Source of the DNA: Podarcis bocagei
Lineage: Eukaryota
Assembly: GCA_964188305.1 (NCBI GenBank)
Contig: OZ076890.1
DNA length: 64,000 nucleotides
Direction: 5' to 3' (one strand)
Position numbers and translations under genes: made by a program. Positions 25,757-35,340 of the stretch are shown piece after piece; the stretch's first letter is position 1; the number at the start of each line of letters is the position of its first letter. The notes beneath the pieces are model-generated. The model did not search any database. It was not told the origin of the DNA and saw nothing but the letters and a program-made list of their open reading frames with translations.

Positions 25757-27619
25757 TAACCTATTAGCCTATTGAACTCAATGGCTGTATTTTCACATAG
25801 CGCTAAATACTAACTGAAGTTTCATAAACCATGCTAGGTAGTGCACAAGGGCTGTTTCACTATTCTAGTCCTTGAGAGCAGAGAAACAAATAATAAAAAG
25901 GCAGCTGGCTTAGTTTCAGCCAAATCCAAGGCTGTGGTTTGCATTGCCTAAACAAACCAACATCACTAGCCAGGCTTACACTATTATCTCTTATCAGCTT
26001 ATACTCCCGGGCTTGCTATTAAACGGTAACGCAGCCAAAGAGATTTACTTGCAGATAAACATGTTTAAAATTGGATTGTACAAATACTGCAGAAGTGGAT
26101 TTTCAGCTGTCTTAGCTCTCTGAAGTACAAGAGATGCTGTGGCTGTCAGGACTGGGTTACTATCAACCAGATCTCCGATTGTGCTATGATAACATTCAGA
26201 AATGTATATGCACAATGCTTGAATTTCAGCAGAGTATAAGTAGAAATGCTTGCTCCCACTGCTTGAAAGGCTGTCAAGAATCATCTGGCTCCTAATTGCA
26301 AAGTCAAAAGCCAGAAACTTGATTTTTTTAATTATCCTCTAAGAGATGCTGACACGTCAAGGCAAACTCTACAGAACAACATGGTTCTTTAGAAATTTGT
26401 GCTAGGGTTTCAGTTTTCCATATCTCTCCTGCCTGGATGCTCATTTCCTAGAACATCTGCATAAAAAGCAGATCTCAGTAGCTTAAGAGTTCAGCCAGGA
26501 AAACAGAGTTACTGAAAACACAGTTCTCCATAAAGTCAAAGCAGAATATTGGGGTAAGGAAAAGTGAAAAACAATGTTTTTGTCTAGACAAACTTCTGGT
26601 TCACCTCCTAATCTTTCCATATGATATAATGTCCATTAAATAGCAGAAAGTGATCTATATTATTCTTAGGATTTCCCCAAGGAAATCTGGCAGATCTGAC
26701 AATGGGTCTGAAAGAACCATTATAGTAGTGACTGTGGGATTAGTCCAGTCGTCCAAGCCACACTCAAGAACAACAAATCAAAGCACAAGAAGGTGTCTAG
26801 ATGAGTCGCTGGACCACCTGAGACCAGATTCTACTATGCAGCTTTGCCAGACTACAGTCTTCCTGATAGAAACTACAGGTGTGGCCTTCAGAACAAGTGT
26901 GCATTTGACTATATTTTTTATTTATCAGTTGTTTCCCTTCCTGTCTCTTGTCTTTGGAGCGAACACATTTTATTTTGTTTTGTTTTTAAAGAAGAACTTA
27001 AACAGTGTGGATCATTCCCAGCTAAAAAAAACTGAACAATTTTGAATTTTCTCTTTGGGTGACTAATGGGAAAAATTACATTGCTACAGAGGATGGCAGC
27101 CCATGTATTTTCAGACAGGCTGCTAAAGAAGACCGAAACTTAACAACAACCAGCACTGCATAAGTCTGTTTTATGTCACGGCAGGTCCTGTGGGGATCTC
27201 CAGCTTATATATCCCACCAACACCACCTTTGGGCTTGTTGAAAGCTTTTGAATGTCCCCTCTCTCTTCCAAGACAGGGATCACTTTAAATATTAAGACTA
27301 TTCCATCTTTGTGTTCTTTTAAGTCAAGTCAAAGAGCCACATTTGATCAGAACAAAAGTTTCATTTTAAAATGTTTTCTCAGGACTGACACATTAGACAC
27401 AAAAAGGCAGCCATGACTAGTCATGAAAAAAGCTCAGGATGGCTGGTATAGTTAAGAGGCCATGTTGGACACACCACCAATGAGCATGAACTGGAAAGCC
27501 TTAAAGGGTTTAGCATTTTTAAGAACTACATAATTTTCTTCCAACACGGAGTCCAGGGCAGGAGGGATCACTCCTATTGAATGCCACTTTCTGTTCACTT
27601 CCATATTGTGGTATAAACC

Positions 27620-27755
27620 CAGGATAGAAAACTTGTGGACCTCCAGAGGTTGTTGGGACTACAACTGCCATTATCACTTTGCCACTGGGTCATACTGGCA
27701 GGGACTGACGCAAGTTCAAAGCACACCACCTCTAGAGGGCCACAGGTTCCCTATC
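27620..27755. mobile_element. Degenerate copy of the hAT-type hairpin MITE, ~55 bp into intron 4
   Basis: ACCTCCAGAGGTTGTTGGGACTACAACTGCCAT...CTCTAGAGGGCCACAGGTTCCCTATC is collinear with 34435-34570. Confidence 0.7.
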
Positions 27756-27810
27756 ATTACACAAGAAAAATTATCCATCAACTTTATAGCATCACCACCC
27801 AGCTACTCAC

Positions 27811-28194
27811 CTAATGCCAACACCTCCACAGTGACAGGCACAGATGTCCTCTCTGCTACCTTGTGCCAGCTACCATTGTGCTGTGGCACCCAGAGAGTTG
27901 CTTGGCAGTAGTAGTAACCGGAATCTTCAGTGCTCACATCACGTACCAATAGGTGGTAGGAACTCCGATCCACATGGCTGAGGCTGATGAGGGTAGAATC
28001 ACTAACAACAGAATCACGGTCTGCACTTAGCAAAACCTGAGCTTCTGCCATGGTGCTATCAGGTGATTCACTGAAGTACCACCTGACCTCTGCTTGGAAA
28101 ATACCACTTCTGTCTGTTGTGAAGTTGCAGGTAAGGTCAAGGGAGTCCCCCTCTGTCACAGATACATTGCTTCTGGTGATAAACACACCTAAAG
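27811..28194 (-). CDS. PTGFRN: PTGFRN exon 4, Ig domain 3 (384 nt, or 378 nt from the alternative acceptor at 28188)
   Basis: Acceptor CCAAAAG|CT (a second AG lies 6 nt downstream); encodes ...NVSVTEGDSLDLTCNFTTDR...DSGYYYCQATLW...SWHKVAE...; donor TAG|GTGAGT. Confidence 0.93.
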
Positions 28195-29506
28195 CTTTTG
28201 GCAGGAGGGAAGCAAGACAAAAAAGTGTTATTTTCAACTCTTTAATACAGCAGGTAGCCTAACTGCTGGCTTCTACTGCCTGCTTTTTTAATTAGTGGCC
28301 TACATATTTACAGGCAAAGCTCACATATATTATTGTTGAACTATAGAAAAACAGGCAGTGAACTTTTCCCCCCAAGTTTCACTACTTATTTAATTCTATG
28401 TTTTGAAGCAAATCATTGTGCAATTTCAGTTTTCTTAGAATAAAAAACCAGCTAGCTTTGCCTTGTGCATGGATATTGCAAGGACACAACAAATTTTTCT
28501 AATCAAATTCACTGTCAATCCAGCTTCACACAATTTACGTCTAGCTATGACATCGTTCCAACAGAAGGTGTTCCAAATGGCTCTACATTTTGCTACGTAC
28601 AATTAATCCTCCCAGGGGAAAAAAAACACCTCACATGCCTACCTACTCCAACATAACAAGCATTATAACTTCAAGCACAGGGAAGATCAAGGGGGTCTCT
28701 CACCATCACAGAGATGTTGTTTCTCATAATGAATACACCTAAAGCCAAGACACACTCCCAAAGGAATACAAATCAGATTTTACAAGCTAACTACTATGAA
28801 GAACTGAACCACATCTGAATGATTGTTGTGGCATTTTCAAATTCTCTGTGTGGTGATTAAAGGATTGCAAGTCCAGTATGAGCATACTTGCAAAAACATA
28901 TAATTTCATTTTGCTGCCAAGAGGCCAACTTGCTTATTCTTCCTTCTCCAGAATTACCATTGTACACATTTTGCAGCCTGGCATGATCCATCAAAGCACA
29001 TGCATTGCACACAGGTATATTTAAACAAAGGAAGGGGAACAGTCATTTAAAGACTACTGTCTAGTAGCTAAGCTATTGGGGGGAAAGTTGCGAACTTAAA
29101 ACAACTGTAGATTTAAATTCTCCTTTAGCCCTAGGCAATCCCTAAAGCCAGGTAACAAGACCTTTTACACAAATATCCTATACAAACTACTGAAAAAGAA
29201 AAGAGTCCTCTGTTATGAAGCCTAGGTTTTAAATAGATTCCAAACACAACTATGCAGTAGGTATTCAAAGAAAATACAAATATCTAAGTTCTTATTTGCA
29301 GTGCCTTCACAACGTATCTAACACATGTACTGAGGAAAGTACACACTGTTACTATATTATATACTGTGCTGAGATACTTAAGGGAGCAGCCACTATGGCT
29401 TTACACCAAATGTTGGTGGCCTGCACATTCTGTCCCACAGCCACAATGGTGTTACAACATAGATGCTGATACAAGCAACATCATTTCATGAATACCGCAT
29501 GCTCAC

Positions 29507-29926
29507 CTGTTGGCTGCACCACAACATTTGCTATATCCACAGCCTTCTCTTGGATCTTCTGCCATGAAGCATCTGCACCTTTAACCCATTCACTCACTCG
29601 ACACCTATAGGCACCTTCATCTGTTGGAAGAGCTTGGGACACAGACAAGCGGTAAATGTCATTGGCCATGGCATCTAAACGCACATCTCCACTGATATAG
29701 CGCTCGTTATACTCTGAACCAGGCTGGAACTTGCCCTCATGCGTCAAGGAGAGAATTTCTTGCCAGGCAAACCCGTTTCTGAATTCCCAAGACACATGCA
29801 GATGTGTGTGTTCTGAAGAATTGGTGGACGCTGAGCAGCGCAACTGAAACGCATCTCCTTCCGATAAGTTCCAAGTAGATGTGGAGCGGGCTGTTGACCT
29901 ACCAACAGTTAAGCCATCCGCAATCA
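29507..29926 (-). CDS. PTGFRN: PTGFRN exon 3, Ig domain 2 (420 nt; carries the EWI-motif position, here EWV)
   Basis: Acceptor TTCTCCGAATAG|TG; encodes VIADGLTV...FQLRCSAS...DEGAYRCRVSEWVKG...IQEKAVDIANVVVQPT; donor CAG|GTGAGC. Confidence 0.95.
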
Positions 29927-30538
29927 CTATTCGGAGAAAAGAAAGTTATCAAGCGTGTGGGTTATAATAAATGGCTTTACATAAAGCAACGATGAAACAG
30001 AGTCAAGCTGTGGTAGATTGTCATGAAAGAGATGACTAATTATGCAGCATAATGAGTACGCTGAGCCAAAACAAATCACTCACATTGGAAAACATGAGCA
30101 AAAAAGTGTTTTCATACACCACACTTTCTCCCTTAACTCAATCAATTATTCAGCTTCAGAAAGACCTCCACCCACAATTACCTCTTCAAGTAAATCTATT
30201 AGCAGAGAAACTTCCCCTTCCAATATGCTTTGTTTAGAAACAAATGTCAGCGAAGAAGGGTGGGGGAGACTGGAATATAACAGGAGCTATTCTGAGCAAT
30301 TTGCTTTGTTTTATAAATTAAAGCGATCCTGTTGAGATAGTCACCAACCCACTGCTTCAGTTAAGCAAACACAGGACAGTTCTATGGCACCAATGGGACA
30401 TGGGGCACTGTCTACCTTCAGGTTATACAAAAGTGTATTTGGCTACATTGCATCTACTCCAGCCATTTCACGTATCGCTTGCAAAATTACACTAAGACCC
30501 AATACCAATTGTAAATACCCCTCACCCTTTAGAAGTAC

Positions 30539-30916
30539 CTTTGACTTCGACTACAGCATTGTAATTTCCCTGAACGACAGAATCTGTGCTGGGCGTTGTG
30601 CATCGGTACATCCCTTGGTCAGTGGGGCGGATGTTTCCAATCACGAGTTCCACAGAGTTGTTGCTGTTTCGCCTCAATGTGATCTCTTTACCGTCAACCC
30701 GATCTTTATACTCCTGAGACGTGAACCAAGGGTCCCAAGTACTCACTACTTGTACAAATCTAGAGTCCGGAGCAGAGATTCTAGAGAACTCCCAGTCAAA
30801 GTTCTGCTCGCTGGGTCCTTCATATTGACTAACGTTGCATGGAATCACCACCTCTGTGCTCTCAACTCGCACTAGAGGACCTGCAGGCACCTTCACAATA
30901 CGCCCGTGGCAGGAAG
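30539..30916 (-). CDS. PTGFRN: PTGFRN exon 2, Ig domain 1 (378 nt)
   Basis: Acceptor ...CCCCAG|CT; encodes ASCHGRIVKVPAGPLVRVESTEVVIPCNVSQYEGPSEQNFDW...DQGMYRCTTPSTDSVVQGNYNAVVEVK; donor AAG|GTACTT. Has the Ig C...W...DxGxYxC signature. Confidence 0.94.
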
Positions 30917-30958
30917 CTGGGGGGGGGGGGAGACAAAGGATTGTAAGTTAAAATTGCA

Positions 30959-31013
30959 AGAGAGAGAGAGAGAGAGTAACACACACACACAAACACACAC
31001 ACACACACACACA
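30959..31013. repeat. Compound (AG)n(AC)n microsatellite next to the exon 2 acceptor
   Basis: (AG)9, then TA, then an interrupted (AC)n run; reads (TG)n..(CT)n on the transcribed strand. Confidence 0.95.
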
Positions 31014-32268
31014 TACATAAAGGGAGCCTTGGGGAGGCAGGAAAGTAAAAAGGACACTATGGTTTGCCGTTTAATTGATGGTATATTGGAATGTTTTAGA
31101 TGAAGATGTTTGTCAGTGAATTAGGAGTGTGCGCAGCGGGTTGAAATGGCAGAAGGCAAGATCAAATCCTTGCTTAGTTGTGAAATGCAATGGGTGGCCT
31201 TTGGGACATTGCTCCTCTTCACTACATCCATATTCGACTTGTCATTGGATGCCATCTGGGATTGTGAATACTGTCAGCCACAATTTAAGAATTCTTGTTC
31301 TTTCCACAAACATGATTTCCTTGATCCTCCCTTTCATCTGCACTATGTACAGCCCCACTTTAGAAGAGTTAACAAAACTGAGTCAAGAATTTAAAAGAGT
31401 CCAATTACCACCTCATCTAGTTTGCAGATGAAATGGTGTGTCTTGTTTCAGAAACAGAAGTAATTTGAAATGAGCTGCCTGGCCATGACAGAAAAGAGAG
31501 TCACCAATTCTGGTGATATTCTGGTGTCTGGATATTCTGAAGGTTTTAATCATTTTGGTTAAAGAGGCATGCCACCAAGGGTTTGTTTCCTTTGCAGCAT
31601 TTTCATGTTTTAGACATCTCTCATCAGTTAATGCTATTAACATTTTCATTGCTGTGATAAGTTATGGACTTAAGTGATTATTTAATGGTAACAGAAGAGG
31701 AAGTTCAAAACTGCAACTTTGAATCAAATTACGAAGTATGCCTTGTGCTTTTCTTCTATAAATAGCAATCAAAGGTTTTCTCCTGCTTCTCTTTTATTCA
31801 TAGTAAACAAAACATCCTGGAATCCTATAGACACAAAAGTATCATCTATCGAACTTCAGCAGTGTTGCAATTTGAATGATTTCACAATGCTTGTGTTTTT
31901 GATGCATGATCATGTAAATATATATGAAAGACAACAGCATGGAGTGGGAGAGATCTCTGCCCCCTACAGCCCTTGAGCTTTCATTGTAAGAATGATACCC
32001 ACATTTTGGGGGTTCAAATATTTCAAATGGAAAAGAAATGCAACCCTTATTCCCCATCTCAGTGTTCACTGGTGTCAAGCATCTAGAGCTGCTGCTGGAG
32101 AGACAGGGAGCAAGACGACATACAGGGCACTAAGCATATCCTACATAATCCATTGTCTGTAGCCATGCCCCATGGCAGAACTGCATCTGTTTCTGATTGA
32201 CAAAGACTCACAAGTTAGGGATTTACATCAGGACAAGAAGACCTGACTGATAACTCAGGAACAACCTA

Positions 32269-32508
32269 CAGTGGTACCGCAAGTTACAAACGCCTCGGGT
32301 TACAAATGCTTCAGGTTACAAACTCCGCTAACCTGGAAGAGTTACCTCGAGTTGAGAACTTTGCCCCAGGATGAGAACGGAAATCGTGTCTGGCGGCGCA
32401 GAAGCAGCAAGAGGCCCCATTAGCGAAAGCATGCCTCTAGTTAAGAACAGTTTCAGGGTAAGAACAGACCTCCAGAACAAATTAAGTTCGTAGCTAGAGG
32501 TACCACTG
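32269..32508. mobile_element. Tc1/mariner-type MITE, family A variant, 240 bp
   Basis: TA|CAGTGGTACC...GAGGTACCACTG|TA; more diverged but collinear. Confidence 0.9.
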
Positions 32509-34434
32509 TATTACAGGACAGCCCTAGAAGAGAAAGTGACTGAGCCATTGTTGTCCATCTAAATCACCCCAATGTATCAATGATCAACAGCTTATCCTGG
32601 GTAATTATATCTTCTTCACCCAGGCCTTTGGTGGTAGGGAAGCATTTTCTTAGAGACAGCCCCCACCCCACCCTAAAACAGCTGCTTACCAGCTACAATA
32701 GACACAAATATAGGGATCAGACCCTGGAGCAAGCACAGATATGTCCACATATCTACTCAGGCAACACTATTGCTGGACCTAATAATGTCAGCCATGTCAT
32801 GATCTTTCACATACAAGATGTGTACAGTGTGAAAAATGCTAAGGTGCTGTTCTAAGAATGAAACAGTGTAAATAATTCTCTAGTTGTAAATTAACACTGT
32901 GTAGTGACCAGTTCTAAAGTCCAGTTTAGGAAATATATGAAGGAGAATCAACAGGAAATTCAATTTAAAATCAATGATAATTAGCCTTATATCTTGCTGA
33001 TTTAAATCACTTTGGTCTGAATCAATTCACCCTACATAGAAGAACACTGAGCCTCATTAAATACGTTAGCTGCTCCTCACAAGTCCTAAGTGTTTCAGTC
33101 AGCCATGTGGAAAGCCAAAACCTCTTCTGCCTTGCAGTGGGCTTGTTTTGAAGCCCAAAAATCTCCAAGAGCTACAAATGGGCTTTGGTAGGATCGCTCA
33201 TTTCCTAAGAATGCTAAGCAAGCACTGCTTTTATTTGCAGCTCAAGACTTTCCATAAAAGGAATAACCATTTCAGCTGCAGAGATGCTTCAATTTCAGCC
33301 TCCAAACAAAATCACTTTAAGGATGTCTAATCCCACACTGTCATGTGCGTGCTTGGGTTCTTGCAGGACTGTCACAGTAGCACCCCAAAATGCTGCAACA
33401 GCTCAACAGCAATTCTCAATACCACAACAGCCTTAAACATAGACACACTTTCCCTAGACAATTAGGGCTGGGGAAAGCCGTAGGATAAAGGTGTGGAAGC
33501 CAGTATTACATCAGCTTTCTTCACCCAGGAAGCTGGCAGCCGAGGAGGAAGCGTTTCAGCAGCCTTCAAGGAAGGCAGGGTGGGTCTGGGAAGGCCCATG
33601 GCAGCACATGAATGGACAAGATAGCAATACTGTCACCACCTGGATTGGACCGAATTAACTTTACTCTCCCTGATTACTTCACAATATTGTGGTGAGCACA
33701 TGAGTCCTTTATTCCCTGTCTCCTGTTTCCTTTTCTTTCCCTTTTGCCCCCCCCCCCCCCTTCTCCCTGAGTGTGTGGTTTCCGTGTCTGTGCTTTCTTT
33801 GAGCGTGTGGCTCCTTTGGCTGTTTTATTGGTGGCAGTTAGCTGAGAGGCAGCAGCGTAAACCGGCTCCTGACTCCTCAGCACTTCCATTGAGCAGCCGT
33901 GGTTCTGGCCCACTCCCTGGTACTTCCAACAGTAGATCTGACTATGCAGTTACCTATCCCCGCCCTGCCAGCTCAGTCTCACAGCAAGCTCAGCAGCAGA
34001 CAGTGATCTTTCGTTTGCCCCCAACATGCTGCCATGCCAAGCGGCAGCTGTCAACAACTCTAGCCATTTGTAGCCTTGTCACCGACCAGCAGGCCTTTCC
34101 AGCACCCTCTCTTTCTCTCGCCTTGTCCTACCCACCCCTCCCTCTCAGACAACTGCAGCAGGCCATTTTGGGCCAGACCTTAGGAGCTGCCACCACTGCT
34201 ACTGCCCGGCTTCCCTCCCCCTCACTCCTTTCCCCTTATCCCCAAGATGGGCCAGGTTGGGCAGGGAGAGATGAAAGAATGGAGGAGAGAGAGGTCCCCA
34301 CAGGAAGTCACCCCCACGCTGTTCAGTCCCACTTCCTGTATTCTTAAAAAAAACAACCTACAATTCCCAGGAGTCTGCCATTTCCTTATTTACCTCAGGT
34401 AGGGAAATGTATTTGGCTGGCCCTGACTCTAAGA

Positions 34435-34570
34435 CAGGCATCCCCAACCTGCGGCCCTCCAGATGTTTTGGCCTACAACTCCCATGATCCCTAGCTAACA
34501 AGACCAGTGGTCAGGGGTGATGGGAATTCTAGTCCAAAACATCTGGAGGGCTGAAGGTTGGGGATGCCCG
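34435..34570. mobile_element. hAT-type hairpin MITE, 136 bp, intact with 8-bp TSD
   Basis: TIRs CAGGCATCCCCAACCT / AGGTTGGGGATGCCCG extend as a long imperfect palindrome. Perfect TSD CTCTAAGA at 34427-34434 and 34571-34578; an 8-bp TSD is typical of hAT. Confidence 0.9.
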
Positions 34571-34964
34571 CTCTAAGAGAACTTCTTAGGCCAGAGATGG
34601 GATGGCCCTCCAGATGTCTATGGACCACATCCCTGGCCATTGGTCATGGAGTCTAAGAACACCTGAGAACAACAGGTTCCCTATCCATGAGTTAAGCCCT
34701 GCTCAGTCACCAAGGTCTTCCTAAGCTCTGGCATGTTTCTATATATTTTCATTGTTCCCTTTGGGCCTGGTTTGCTCTTCAGCCCAGACTCCTGTTTCCT
34801 TCCCATGAATGCTGGTTCCCAGTGCCCAACTCACATCAGACTGCTGAACCCTGGCCCTGAACCAAGGTTCTTTTTTTTACCCTTTTATCCTTATAGTTTG
34901 AAATGCAAGAGACTGAACTTGGGAGCTTCTACATAGAAAGGGTCTCTATATAAAATTACGAATG

Positions 34965-35340
34965 GTGTGGTGCCATCCAGTGAAACTGAATGGTGGGAGA
35001 TTCAGGACAGACCAAACAAATACTCCACAGAGTACACAGTTAGAATTATGGGATTTGCTTCCACAAGATGTAGCAATGGTGATCAACATGGATGGCTTTA
35101 AAAGGGGAGGAGACAGATTCATGGGCAACAAGACTATCAATGGGCTGTAGTTATGATGGCTGTATATCATCTCCAGTATCAGAGGCAAAGCCAGCTGCTA
35201 TGAGAAATGAGTAGTAGGGGTCTATTGTATTCATGTGCTGCTTGTGGGTTTCCCTTAAGCATCTGGTTGGCCAATGTGGGAACATACTGCTGAACTAGAT
35301 AGGACTTTTGTCTGGTCCAGCAGAGTTCATCTCGTGTTAT
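34965..35340 (+). mobile_element. CR1-clade LINE 3' end (second subfamily)
   Basis: HPVKLNGGRFRTD...LWDLLPQDV...DGFKRGGDRFM resembles a CR1 ORF2 C-terminus. It is followed by a 3' UTR ...CTGCTGAACTAGATAGGACTTTTGTCTGGTCCAGCAG. Confidence 0.8.

Noticed and set aside
30384-30875. 163-aa ATG-initiated ORF antisense to exon 2
   Set aside because: Largely a shadow of the coding exon on the opposite strand, with no domain or promoter evidence.
1475-30916. Alternative assignment to paralogues IGSF3, IGSF8 or CD101
   Set aside because: Domains 3-5 (LDLTCN.TTDR, NVRFTVSWYYR, EFRYRMYQTQ.SDAGLYRC, SNPI.IDFQTS) match PTGFRN specifically.
33700-34347. 215-aa plus-strand ORF
   Set aside because: Low-complexity P/S/L/Q-rich translation running through a C homopolymer, with no recognisable domain. 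Antisense within an intron; explained by local GC content.
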